In this document: positions 49,873 through 59,143 of the stretch, one piece after another
Position numbering within the stretch: the first letter of the stretch is position 1
Layout of the letters: the number at the start of each line of letters is the position of its first letter
DNA from: Methanobacteriota archaeon
Lineage (GTDB): Archaea; Thermoplasmatota; Thermoplasmata; SG8-5; JAGLSY01
NCBI GenBank assembly: GCA_020696385.1
Contig: JAEHCQ010000002.1
Span: 160,001 to 224,000, forward strand
Direction: 5' to 3'
DNA: 64,000 nucleotides
Program-made: the position numbers and the translations under genes
The notes under the pieces: model-generated
Told to the model about the DNA's origin: nothing
Database searches by the model: none
What the model saw: the letters and a program-made list of their open reading frames with translations, nothing else

Positions 49873-50820
49873 TCACAGCATCTCTGTTATGTATGGGGAC
49901 ACGAAAAGTCCAATGGTCAGCAATATGCCGAACTTCATCTGCATTTGGGCCGTGATACCATCCAGCATCATGAACTTCTGCATGTCATCCTCCTTCTTGA
50001 ACTTCGCAAGTTTCAAGGCCGTTGGGAAGGCCAGGAAAACAATGAGGGCCAACAAAGGTGATGGAGTCATTATGTCCAGGCCAGGTATGAGGCCGATGAC
50101 GACATAAAGACATACAAGAATGAAGGGGGCCAGCATGAGCATCTTGTAGTATTTGGACGAACCTTTGTGACCGAGTTTGGAGGCCACAGTCACACACCCC
50201 TTCTCAGTATCGGTCTCGATATCATGCCAGTTATTGGAATGCAGTATGCCGACCGTGTATAGTACAAGAGGAATGCTCCACAATATTGGTAAAATGCTGA
50301 AAGTCTGTGTCTGAACCCAGAAAGTGCCAAATACGGGAAGGATACCATACAGGAAGAAAAAGCTCAGATCCCCCAGTGCGGCGGATTTCAGAGAAAATCC
50401 AGGTGTGGTATACAGAAGAGTGAGTACGATGCCGATCAGGCTTATCGCGAGGATCATCCATCCGATGGTGAATACAAGATATAAGCCAATGGCAAATCCT
50501 ATGGCCAAAAACATAATCGCGGCCCTTTTCACCTGCTCAGGCGTGAGCCAACCACGAACTACAGCCCCACTAACTGGAAGTACCACGGTATCAACCCCGT
50601 TCTTGAAGTCATAGACATCATTGAGGAGATTGGCGGCAGTGTGTATGCTCACAACTCCGACCAGGGTTATGATGAAATGTAGCCAGTTGATGTCAAAACC
50701 AGCATAGTGTGATAGAGCCAGTCCCAATACCACTGCAGATACTGAAGCCGTGTAGGCAAATGGTCTTACTGCTGTTATCCATATCTTGAGCTTGCTTGGT
50801 GGAATATCATTTTCTGACAT
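49873..50820 (-). CDS. menA: UbiA/MenA-family prenyltransferase
   Basis: NLLNDVYDFKNGVD, NNWHDIETD...TVAS.LG; start ATG 50820. Confidence 0.85.
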   Translation of the reverse strand: MSENDIPPSKLKIWITAVRPFAYTASVSAVVLGLALSHYAGFDINWLHFIITLVGVVSIHTAANLLNDVYDFKNGVDTVVLPVSGAVVRGWLTPEQVKRAAIMFLAIGFAIGLYLVFTIGWMILAISLIGIVLTLLYTTPGFSLKSAALGDLSFFFLYGILPVFGTFWVQTQTFSILPILWSIPLVLYTVGILHSNNWHDIETDTEKGCVTVASKLGHKGSSKYYKMLMLAPFILVCLYVVIGLIPGLDIMTPSPLLALIVFLAFPTALKLAKFKKEDDMQKFMMLDGITAQMQMKFGILLTIGLFVSPYITEML

Positions 50821-50824
50821 ATTG

Positions 50825-50880
50825 AACTTCTCCATTTCATTTCGAAGCTTTGAATATACTTATTGCATTCGCACATTCAA
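50825..50880 (-). repeat. SD-carrying two-hairpin repeat family D, copy 3 (diverged)
   Basis: Minus strand TTGAATGTGCGAAT...TATTCAAAGCTTCGAAATGAAATGGAGAAGTT before ATG 50820. Confidence 0.75.
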
Positions 50881-50996
50881 TTCACCTCAGATACAACCCC
50901 AAAATATGCTCTATGATAAATAAGTGATGATTGTTAGGATAAGATTATTATTATCCGAGGTCATAACCCATGATATAGATTATGTAAGGTGAGAAG

Positions 50997-51311
50997 ATGG
51001 AAAAAGATCAGGGATATGAAAAAGTCATCACGGAATATTACGGGGAAGATCAGGTCGTGTCATTGATAATGCTCAAAATAGACACGCAGCAGGCGGAAAT
51101 GATTGCCAGACGGGTTTCTGGATACGACATAGTCGAGGACCTGTTCATGGTCACTGGCGAGGTGGATCTCATTCTCAAGGCAAGATTTGAGAATTACACT
51201 GCCATGAAATCCTTCGTGCTTGACAAGCTGGCACCTATTCAAGGCATCAAGGATACCAAGACCATGATGGTGGTCACACCCTTCAAAGAGGGCGGGAAGA
51301 TAATGGTCTGA
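50997..51311 (+). CDS. Lrp/AsnC ligand-binding (RAM) domain protein
   Basis: MVTGEVDLILK, I.GIKDTKTMMV; no HTH. Confidence 0.88.
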   Translation: MEKDQGYEKVITEYYGEDQVVSLIMLKIDTQQAEMIARRVSGYDIVEDLFMVTGEVDLILKARFENYTAMKSFVLDKLAPIQGIKDTKTMMVVTPFKEGGKIMV

Positions 51312-51435
51312 TATTTCAGACATATCATCGATCAATTGCATAATATAGGGTCAATGATAGATATCAGAGCCTGAATCATGGGAAAGGCTTAATTGCATAA
51401 TGGTGTTATCCGGCTAAAAATACAAGGTGATTATT

Positions 51436-51693
51436 ATGGATTCAGAGGAAAAACTTCAGCAGGTGATCTCAGTCCTTGACCAGCTGACAGAAGATACAAC
51501 GGTCCCCAGGAACATCAGAAGGGGAGCTTCAGAGTGCAAGACCCGTCTTTTAAAGAGGGATGAGGCACTTGATGTAAGGACAGCTGGAGCCATCTACGTC
51601 ATGGACGAGTTGGCCAATGATCCAAATATACCACTTCATGGCCGAACCCTCATATGGAATATAATCAGCCAGCTTGAGCAGGTCAAGCAATAG
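51436..51693 (+). CDS. UPF0147 family protein
   Basis: DTTVPRNIRR, DPNIPLHGRTLIWNIISQLE. Confidence 0.92.
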   Translation: MDSEEKLQQVISVLDQLTEDTTVPRNIRRGASECKTRLLKRDEALDVRTAGAIYVMDELANDPNIPLHGRTLIWNIISQLEQVKQ

Positions 51694-51766
51694 ATCTCAT
51701 TTTCTTAGCAGAATTGTGTGTTATTAGCAGAGCGTTTTGATAGTGGACATGCTAAAAAATGATATA

Positions 51767-51839
51767 TGCAGGTGCCGGGATTTGAACCCGAGCGACAAGC
51801 TTGGGAAGCTTGAATCCTACCAGACTAGATCACACCTGC
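51767..51839 (-). tRNA. tRNA-Gly (CCC)
   Basis: Acceptor GCAGGTG/CACCTGC, anticodon arm CAAGC-TTCCCAA-GCTTG, T-arm GGTTCAAATCC. Confidence 0.95.
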
Positions 51840-51873
51840 ATGAGTGAATTCCATTATCGCAATGTGGGTAATA

Positions 51874-52668
51874 TTACTTTTCATCCCAGCCATCGGGCTT
51901 CTTCCCCATGACAACGGGAATGTCACCATCCATTCCTATTTGCTCATTATCATCTTGATATTCACTTGGACTGGCCCGCGTACCTGCCTGCTGTCCATCT
52001 AAATTAGGATCTGAGGATATGACTGGCTGAACTATCGGGTCCGCATCATTCTGAATCTGAATGACACTGGGAGCATTCATAGTATTCTGTATCACATGCT
52101 CGTATTCTTTCAATTCCCTCTTGTGCTGGAGGGAGAGTATACCACCGACATAACCAAATAGAACAGTCAGAATATAAGGAGCCAACCATGCATTGTCCAG
52201 GCCGATATAATCCGATAGGAAGCCCATGTACTCGAAGGAAAAGTCCGCAATGGGGCCGATCAGTGGTATGCTGGATACTGTATTGGACATGGATTCTGAA
52301 GTGTTGTTCCAGAAATCCTCCACGCTTGAAAGAGCCCCGAGACTGGCCAGACCGAATACCAAAAATATTATCACAACAGGGACAAGGGTGGCGAAAATAC
52401 CCTTTGTGGGTGTGCCAGCTTTCCTTCCACCCACATAGCCAGCGATCACCTGGCCGAAGGGGGGCATCCAGAAGAGCAAAATGGAAAGAATGACAGTGTA
52501 CTTGAGACCAGGCCAGAAACCATATATCTTCTTTTTCTTGATGGCTTTGGAATCCATGTGGAAGGGGTGGTCGTACATTTGATTGGGAACATGGTACACA
52601 CCCTGCTTCATCAACAGCTGGGTTGATCCATCTCCCTTGACCTTATCCTTAGTATTGAACAAATGCAT
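51874..52668 (-). CDS. Hypothetical membrane protein
   Basis: 264 aa; 'LLFWMPPFGQVIAGYVGGRKAG' TM pattern. Confidence 0.75.
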   Translation of the reverse strand: MHLFNTKDKVKGDGSTQLLMKQGVYHVPNQMYDHPFHMDSKAIKKKKIYGFWPGLKYTVILSILLFWMPPFGQVIAGYVGGRKAGTPTKGIFATLVPVVIIFLVFGLASLGALSSVEDFWNNTSESMSNTVSSIPLIGPIADFSFEYMGFLSDYIGLDNAWLAPYILTVLFGYVGGILSLQHKRELKEYEHVIQNTMNAPSVIQIQNDADPIVQPVISSDPNLDGQQAGTRASPSEYQDDNEQIGMDGDIPVVMGKKPDGWDEK

Positions 52669-52774
52669 CCCTACATTGGAATATTGATATTTTGGTATTT
52701 AGCGTTATCTCTTAATGATTAAAACCTAAATTAACTAATATTCATATTCACTTATCAGATGAAGAGGGTTGTTA

Positions 52775-53419
52775 ATGACTTTGCCCAGTATTGATAAAAT
52801 GGAAAATGATGGAGACATCGAAGGTCTGAATTTCTCTTTGAAAAATTCAGATGTCAATGTGCGCCGTGATGCCACACTGGCCCTTAGCCATCTTGCCGAG
52901 AAAGGAGTGCATGATAGATCGTCCATCGAACACTTGAACATTGCCTTGAAAGATCCCGACGAGGAAGTACGTGAGCAGGCGGGATTCGCCCTCACGGACC
53001 TTGCCAGAATGGATGTTTATGACAGGTCGTCCATCGAACCTCTGAATGCCACCCTGGAAGATCCTGATGAATTAGTGCGACGGAGTGCGGCCTCCGCCCT
53101 CGGGGCACTTGCGGATAAGGGCATCTGTGACAGATCGTCCATCGAACTACTGAATTTCTCTTTGAAAAATTCAGACGAAGGGAATATCTGCTGCCAGGCT
53201 GTGTTCGCTCTTGGCAGTCTTGCTGAAAAAGGTGTTTATGACAAATCATCCATAGATCTGCTGAATACTGCTGTTAATGAATCAGATGGGTGGGTGCCAG
53301 AGCTTGCTGCGGATGCTCTTGAAAAGATGAAGCCGCATATTGAGGAAGAAAGAAAGGGAGCATCAAAGGATAAGAAAAAGCCAGAGTCAGGACTTGAGAA
53401 AGAAGAAGAAAAAAAGTAG
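52775..53419 (+). CDS. HEAT/PBS-lyase-like repeat protein
   Basis: About four ~38-aa repeats 'DRSSIE.LN..L.D.DE.VR..A..AL..LA.KG'. Confidence 0.85.
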   Translation: MTLPSIDKMENDGDIEGLNFSLKNSDVNVRRDATLALSHLAEKGVHDRSSIEHLNIALKDPDEEVREQAGFALTDLARMDVYDRSSIEPLNATLEDPDELVRRSAASALGALADKGICDRSSIELLNFSLKNSDEGNICCQAVFALGSLAEKGVYDKSSIDLLNTAVNESDGWVPELAADALEKMKPHIEEERKGASKDKKKPESGLEKEEEKK

Positions 53420-53488
53420 TCCCGAGCGGATTTGAACCGCTGTCGCTTGCTCCAAAGGCAAGCATGATAACCGCTACACCACGGGACT
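53417..53488 (-). tRNA. tRNA-Gln (TTG)
   Basis: Acceptor AGTCCCG/CGGGACT (A1-U72), anticodon arm CTTGC-CTTTGGA-GCAAG, T-arm GGTTCAAATCC. Confidence 0.96.
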
Positions 53489-53668
53489 ATTGTGTTCTTT
53501 ATCGTATTGTTGTCCCGTGGTAGCACCTCGGGACCATATCCGCTCATTCTTTCTGTATCCTCGACCCTTGGGCCAGGACCATTCTGTTCACTGTCTTATT
53601 ATCGTCCTGTGGTTCGCACCTCGGGACCATATCCGCTCATTCTTTCTGTATCCCCAACCACCTGATCA
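53484..53668. repeat. 92/93-bp tandem duplication upstream of tRNA-Gln containing tRNA-end mimics
   Basis: GCACCTCGGGACCATATCCGCTCATTCTTTCTGTATCC occurs twice (53523.., 53616..). Confidence 0.9.
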
Positions 53669-53739
53669 GGAAATATTTATTATGAAACGAGCACACCACC
53701 AATAATGAATTCATATATTTCGTTTTTGGGTGTTTATTC

Positions 53740-54288
53740 TCAAAAAGATGGATTATCAATGACCTGTGGTTGTCCATCCACTTCCATCACGATGGACCTG
53801 AATCCTTTATCCTCAATGGCTCCATAATCATGGCCAGCATCCTTCGGGAAGATGGCCAAAAGAATAAAATCCTCATCTCCGACATTGATGGTTCTATGAG
53901 CCCATCCAGATGGTACATAGACCCCGCCACCTTCATTCAGAGGCATATGCCTTATTTCATCATCCTCGGACTGCATGATGATCATCCCCTTGCCAGATAG
54001 ACAAAAATAATACTCGTCCGCACTCTTAGATTCATGAAAATGACCCTTAGTCATGTGGAATTCCTTACCAACCTTTCCGGGCTTCATGATCGTGAGCCCC
54101 ATATCGGTCGAATGTGGTCCACGTATCTCGTAGACCTCGTATATGAGCTTGTCTGGATCGGCTGATTCTTGAAAGAATCCTTTCATGTCCCCACCCTTCC
54201 TGATGATATAATTATCACTGTTGCTGATGAAAGTATCTACATCTTCCTTGTGAAGACTGAATGGATCCAATGTGTTGGATTTGACCAT
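53740..54288 (-). CDS. pgiA: Cupin-type glucose-6-phosphate isomerase
   Basis: PGKVGKEFHMTKGHFH, E.YFCLSGKG, YVPSGWAHRTINVG, DAGHDY. Confidence 0.9.
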   Translation of the reverse strand: MVKSNTLDPFSLHKEDVDTFISNSDNYIIRKGGDMKGFFQESADPDKLIYEVYEIRGPHSTDMGLTIMKPGKVGKEFHMTKGHFHESKSADEYYFCLSGKGMIIMQSEDDEIRHMPLNEGGGVYVPSGWAHRTINVGDEDFILLAIFPKDAGHDYGAIEDKGFRSIVMEVDGQPQVIDNPSF

Positions 54289-54344
54289 AATCACGTGTAG
54301 AAGCTTCTTACATAATAAGATAACGCATTTATACAAACAGCTGT

Positions 54345-56210
54345 ATGGAGTCGCATATGGCCGAGAAAAATAAGCCTATCTCCAATCCAATAACTCGGGT
54401 GATGAGACGGGGTCAGAATATGATCCACAAACACCATAAACAGGAGGTGAGAGAGTATATCATCCTGGGCTGGCTGGCTGTGATCGTTGGTATGATCGCA
54501 GGTATCGGGGCTGTAGTGTTCAGGTACCTGATCAATGGTGTCGGTCGCCTTTTTGGTTTTTATTCGGACGGCCCATTTTCTTTTCTTGAGAGCGATCTTG
54601 GAAATTTAGTCTTCCTGGCACCCGCTATCGGTGGTTTGATTGTGGGTCTCTTGGTCTACAAATATGCCTCTGAAGCAAAGGGGCATGGAGTACCAGAGGT
54701 CATGGGGGCCATGATAGCCAATGAGGGTAAAATAAGACCCCGAGTGGCTATTGTCAAGATATTCACCTCCGCCATCTGCATAGGTTCTGGAGGTTCTGCA
54801 GGACGTGAGGGACCCATAGTTCAGATCGGAGCAACAGGCGGGTCAGCTCTCGGGCAGGGCCTGGGGCTATCAGCTAATGATACCAGGACCCTTCTGGCTT
54901 GTGGAGCAGCTGCTGGAATAGCGGCCACTTTCAATGCACCTCTGGGAGCCATGATGTTCGCCATCGAGCTGATTCTTCTGGAATTCAAGACACGTTCCTT
55001 CATTCCACTTGTCATATCCTCGGTTACAGCGACCATAGTCGCTCATGCTGTATTCGGTGTGGAGATCGCTTTCCCTATAAAGGACATCTACACCCTGACC
55101 CAGCCTCTCACAGAGATACCATTGTACATCTTCCTTGGGATCTTGAGTGGATTGGCCGCGATCTTATTCGTTTATCTTCTTTACAAGTTCGAAGATGCCT
55201 TTGATGATATGAAAATGCCCGAGTATGTCAAGCCCATGATCGGTGGTCTCGCGCTTGGTATTGTTGGTCTTATATCATATCAATATCTTGGGCATTACTA
55301 CATATTCGGTACTGGTTATGGGACAATGATGCCAATACTCGATCCCATTAATTATGGGGCACTGGGTACTGATGCGACATATTCTCTTCTATTCCTCTTA
55401 GCAGGCCTGGCACTTCTCAAGATATTCTCGACCAGCCTCACACTTGGATCGGGTGGATCGGGTGGAGTGTTCGCCCCCTCATTGTTCATCGGGGCGGCCG
55501 TTGGCGGAGCTTTTGGAGTTGGCGTCAATATATTCTTCCCCTCACTTCCAGTTCCATATGGGGCTTATGCCCTTGTGGGTATGGCGGCAGTGTTCGCAGG
55601 CACTAGTAGAGCCACACTCACCGCCATCCTCATAATGTTCGAGATGACCAGTAACTATCAAATCATTCTGCCCCTCATGTTCGCCTGCGTGGTCAGTGAT
55701 GGTGTTGCCAAGATAATATCCAAGGATACTATCTACACCAAGAAATTGAATAGGAAAGGCATCAAATACTCTTATGAAAGGGAGATCAATATTCTGGAGA
55801 CCATATCTGTGGAGGACGCGATGGTGAAGAATGTGACCACCGCGAGGGAGAATATGAAGGTCAGAGAGGTATCGGATATAATTCTGGAATCTGGATTCCA
55901 GGGCTTCCCATGTATATGCGAGGAGGGAAAGCTCGTTGGAATTGTAACCCATTCAGATGTGAGGGAGGCAATGGCCAATGGTCTGGCAGATTCCAATATA
56001 TGCGATATTGAGACAAAGAAGGATCTTCAGGTGGTTCATCCGGACATGACCCTGGAGGATGCGATGGAATTGATGTCATCCATGGAATTAGGTCATTTAC
56101 CAGTTGTGTCAAGGGAGCACCCAGACGAACTTGTTGGATTCCTTTCAAGGAATGATATAATCAAGGTTTATAAAGACAAAAAAGGCGAGAGGAAGCAGAC
56201 ATGGCTATGA
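54345..56210 (+). CDS. ClC chloride channel/antiporter with CBS domains
   Basis: GHGVPE, GREGP, FNAPL, GGVFAP, C-terminal CBS pair. Confidence 0.95.
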   Translation: MESHMAEKNKPISNPITRVMRRGQNMIHKHHKQEVREYIILGWLAVIVGMIAGIGAVVFRYLINGVGRLFGFYSDGPFSFLESDLGNLVFLAPAIGGLIVGLLVYKYASEAKGHGVPEVMGAMIANEGKIRPRVAIVKIFTSAICIGSGGSAGREGPIVQIGATGGSALGQGLGLSANDTRTLLACGAAAGIAATFNAPLGAMMFAIELILLEFKTRSFIPLVISSVTATIVAHAVFGVEIAFPIKDIYTLTQPLTEIPLYIFLGILSGLAAILFVYLLYKFEDAFDDMKMPEYVKPMIGGLALGIVGLISYQYLGHYYIFGTGYGTMMPILDPINYGALGTDATYSLLFLLAGLALLKIFSTSLTLGSGGSGGVFAPSLFIGAAVGGAFGVGVNIFFPSLPVPYGAYALVGMAAVFAGTSRATLTAILIMFEMTSNYQIILPLMFACVVSDGVAKIISKDTIYTKKLNRKGIKYSYEREINILETISVEDAMVKNVTTARENMKVREVSDIILESGFQGFPCICEEGKLVGIVTHSDVREAMANGLADSNICDIETKKDLQVVHPDMTLEDAMELMSSMELGHLPVVSREHPDELVGFLSRNDIIKVYKDKKGERKQTWL

Positions 56211-56680
56211 TAATTGGTTCCAAACACACCATAACGGATATAGATCAGACACTTGAAGAAGTGAATGGCATATCGAAAAACATGGGAATCGGTATCCAGA
56301 TCCTGGATGCTGGCCTGATCTTTGGCAAGGAACATTTGATGGTGGCTGTGGAGAAAGCCGAAAGAGCCTTTGCTCAGAATATGAACATATCAAAATCCAT
56401 ACCCACGGAGGTCATGCTATACGCAGGAGCGGAGAGGCAGATATCCAAAGCGATACAGAAAATGGGTATCAAGAAGGATTTGGAAGAGCTGGCCATAATA
56501 TTGCACGGGGATGTGGATCCGATTGTATTTTTATCCAATATTGGATGGAAACGCGATGATACAGTTCTGGAGCCAGATATTGATCGAGCCAGTGATTTTG
56601 GAATCACGGCTCAGGTGGATGAGAATAATATCACGGATCTGGTACTTGAGAGGATGGCCCTTTCAGAGCTGGACAGGTGA
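56201..56680 (+). CDS. cgi121: KEOPS complex subunit Cgi121
   Basis: QILDA..IFGKEHL..A..KA.RAF, EVMLYAGAERQISKAI.KMG, VLERMAL. Confidence 0.92.
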   Translation: MAMIIGSKHTITDIDQTLEEVNGISKNMGIGIQILDAGLIFGKEHLMVAVEKAERAFAQNMNISKSIPTEVMLYAGAERQISKAIQKMGIKKDLEELAIILHGDVDPIVFLSNIGWKRDDTVLEPDIDRASDFGITAQVDENNITDLVLERMALSELDR

Positions 56681-56770
56681 ACAAATACTCCGAATAAATA
56701 ATGAATATGAACGTATTAGTTCTTCTAATCGCTAGTGAGATATATAACAGAGGCGATTAGAAAGAATATA
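56679..56770. repeat. Dispersed hairpin repeat family A, copy 3
   Basis: Colinear match to 9419..9510. Confidence 0.85.
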
Positions 56771-56789
56771 GGCGATCGGAAGATCATTA

Positions 56790-57110
56790 TCACAATAATA
56801 CTAAAATGAACCCAATAATGATCTCCGCCAATGCTAGGCAGAAAACGAAAACTGTTGAATTGACACCTGATTTTTTTTCTTCCACATTCTTATTTGTTTC
56901 ATTAATTCTGTAGGAGGATTTATAGAGGGGGGATCTCCCATCTCGCTTCATCCTTTGTTTGTGTGGATTTCCACCATATGCATCTATGGAGTTCCAAACA
57001 ATTAGTAATAGCAGGGCCCCAAATCCTATTGGGAATATGGGATTGACCAGCACGCCAAGTACTATCATTATTATGGTGATAATTATCAAGCCCTTCATCT
57101 TTCCATTCAT
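56790..57110 (-). CDS. Hypothetical membrane protein
   Basis: 106 aa, three hydrophobic segments. Confidence 0.65.
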   Translation of the reverse strand: MNGKMKGLIIITIIMIVLGVLVNPIFPIGFGALLLLIVWNSIDAYGGNPHKQRMKRDGRSPLYKSSYRINETNKNVEEKKSGVNSTVFVFCLALAEIIIGFILVLL

Positions 57111-57174
57111 ATACTGATTAATGCGATATATGTATTTAAATGAGTTTCGGGAAAGCCCTGGGGTTTCCGCAGGA

Positions 57175-58227
57175 TTATATTAGAACCTCGATGTGTAAGT
57201 ATTCTCTGTTATTGTTATCACTATCGATTTCATCGATATTGTCACCGCCAATCATATTATTCAACTGGTTTTCCACACCAGTTTCATACTCAATATAATC
57301 CACCTGGACAATTATCTTCCTGTTCAACAATGTTCCATCATTTTCCAAATCATGATGTAGATAATCCACCACTCTCCATGGTTCATTGGCTGTGACTGTA
57401 ATTTCTGCATAAGGTGCTAGTGGTTCGATAATTATTGGTTCCCCTATCTGCCTGGTCTCATTTTTATCAATTAAATAATCAATGAATCTAACTCTAATAA
57501 TTCCATTGTCCTCGCCTATACCATCTACCCATTTGGCATTAGGGTCATTGGTGGCGAGGTTACCAAAATTTTTTATAACCGCGGAAACTGAATAGCCAGG
57601 TGGAACAAAAGGAGTTGACATCTCGGGCTTATATTCTGCCCATTCATCATCGGTCAATTCATAAGCATCCTCAATTGGATTATCAAACACCGTGATGGAG
57701 CCCACAAACAGGTCTGGCATCTTCACCTCGCCTTCTTGACCCTTAACCATGATCACGACAAAATCTGTGAAACCTATAGTATTCTTCTGGATTACCAACT
57801 CCCATTTATCATATCCATCCAATACCAGGGCGCTGTTGTCTGGAGATGTTATCGGGATGTTAGGATTGGTGATAGTGGCATGTTTCCATGCAGAGTCATA
57901 TTCATATGATATCGTAGATAGATTGACACCTGGGTGTTCTCCTATTCGATCTCCTATTATTATCGATTCAAGATCAGAGAATCTTGAATTGCTAAAATCA
58001 AGAGTCACTTCTTTTGATTCGAGTGTGCCCTGGCCATATACGAAGCGAATGGAGGCCATCAATTCATCCATAGCATTCTGTAGATCGGTCTTTGTTTGAT
58101 TCTGTATATTCACTTTCATACCATGATATGCTATGGGTACAATGAAGCATACAGCGACCAAGATAACAAGAAGTTTCATCGGTATTTTTTCGATTCCGCT
58201 CCAGTCTCTGTTAATTTCACATCCCAT
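57175..58227 (-). CDS. Pilin-like protein with C-terminal CARDB-like domain
   Basis: RDWSG|IEKIPMKLLVILVAV class III-like signal; 'PDLFV..I.V...AVIKNFGN...IIVQVD...IDEIDSDNN'. Confidence 0.7.
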   Translation of the reverse strand: MGCEINRDWSGIEKIPMKLLVILVAVCFIVPIAYHGMKVNIQNQTKTDLQNAMDELMASIRFVYGQGTLESKEVTLDFSNSRFSDLESIIIGDRIGEHPGVNLSTISYEYDSAWKHATITNPNIPITSPDNSALVLDGYDKWELVIQKNTIGFTDFVVIMVKGQEGEVKMPDLFVGSITVFDNPIEDAYELTDDEWAEYKPEMSTPFVPPGYSVSAVIKNFGNLATNDPNAKWVDGIGEDNGIIRVRFIDYLIDKNETRQIGEPIIIEPLAPYAEITVTANEPWRVVDYLHHDLENDGTLLNRKIIVQVDYIEYETGVENQLNNMIGGDNIDEIDSDNNNREYLHIEVLI

Positions 58228-58287
58228 ATTATCAATTCTCCAATTATTTCAATTGAGGAAAAATTCGTCCCCTTCTGTCTATTGGCC

Positions 58288-58728
58288 TCATTTGCTCACT
58301 GCAATACTTTGAGTGACAACATTACTACCATCAGATACAGTCACCTGGATGAAATCCGAGTTCGTGTTCGGGGGCAATGTAGGCATAATATCCACAAATG
58401 TGTATGAACCATCATCGCCTGTGATGGCTTTCATATCTATTCCAGCGCCATCAATAGTTATCTCACAACCACTCATCCCTCCATCAGTATTGTAGGCAGT
58501 TACAGTTATATTAAAAGTAGAATTTGAATTGGCATTGTTGAGAGTTGTAGGTGTGACCTCGATATGATCGAGAGGAGGAGTTATGATTAACATCCAAGCT
58601 AGTATAAGACCTACGGATATAGCTGCGGCTATGATAAAAATAAGGAGGTTGGGTGGTAGCCCTGATTCACCTTTATTATCTTCTCTCATATTTCTTTGGA
58701 TACTAATTTTTTTTCTGAGATCGATCAT
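58288..58728 (-). CDS. Pilin-like protein with class III signal peptide and Ig-like domain
   Basis: REDNKG|ESGLPPNLLIFIIAAAISVGLIL then beta-rich domain (TGDDGSYTF). Confidence 0.7.
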   Translation of the reverse strand: MIDLRKKISIQRNMREDNKGESGLPPNLLIFIIAAAISVGLILAWMLIITPPLDHIEVTPTTLNNANSNSTFNITVTAYNTDGGMSGCEITIDGAGIDMKAITGDDGSYTFVDIMPTLPPNTNSDFIQVTVSDGSNVVTQSIAVSK

Positions 58729-58830
58729 AATATCACAAACATGAAACCTAAATAATGTATTTGTTTATTTCTTATAAATATATGCATTTTTACACCTGGT
58801 GATTTAATACTGGCTCAGTTGAAGACGATA

Positions 58831-58936
58831 CAATTCCCGAACGAGCAGGCCTGGCGGGTTTTTCTTTATTTGTCCGTCTTTTTTCTTTTTGGAGCCAGGC
58901 CAGCACAGTGAGGGTTATAAAAAGAAAATAAGTGGG
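58831..58936. repeat. Dispersed palindromic repeat family C, copy 2
   Basis: Matches 14329..14427 with compensatory stem GGCCTGGC/GCCAGGCC. Confidence 0.85.
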
Positions 58937-59128
58937 CCGGTATACGATTGGGCCCTCTGGATAGAATACGGCAATATCAGAATGTCGATGAACAGGACCT
59001 CCATCGACATGGCACCAAACTTTGATAATTTCAAGAGTGAACTTGGTGATGAAGTTCATGCATCCTCATGGAATTCATTGGCATTCGGTGGAGATGGCGA
59101 GGTCAAGATGCACTTCTACACCTGGTGA
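58937..59128 (+). pseudogene. Probable 3' gene fragment (…YDWALWIEYG…KMHFYTW*)
   Basis: Protein-like reading frame begins at the edge of repeat C without a credible start. Confidence 0.4.
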
Positions 59129-59143
59129 GAGACTGTTTTTGAA

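Noticed and set aside
58782-59128. Diversity-generating retroelement TR/VR pair
   Set aside because: Only 21 bp, differences are synonymous T/C on the coding strand, and no reverse transcriptase is present
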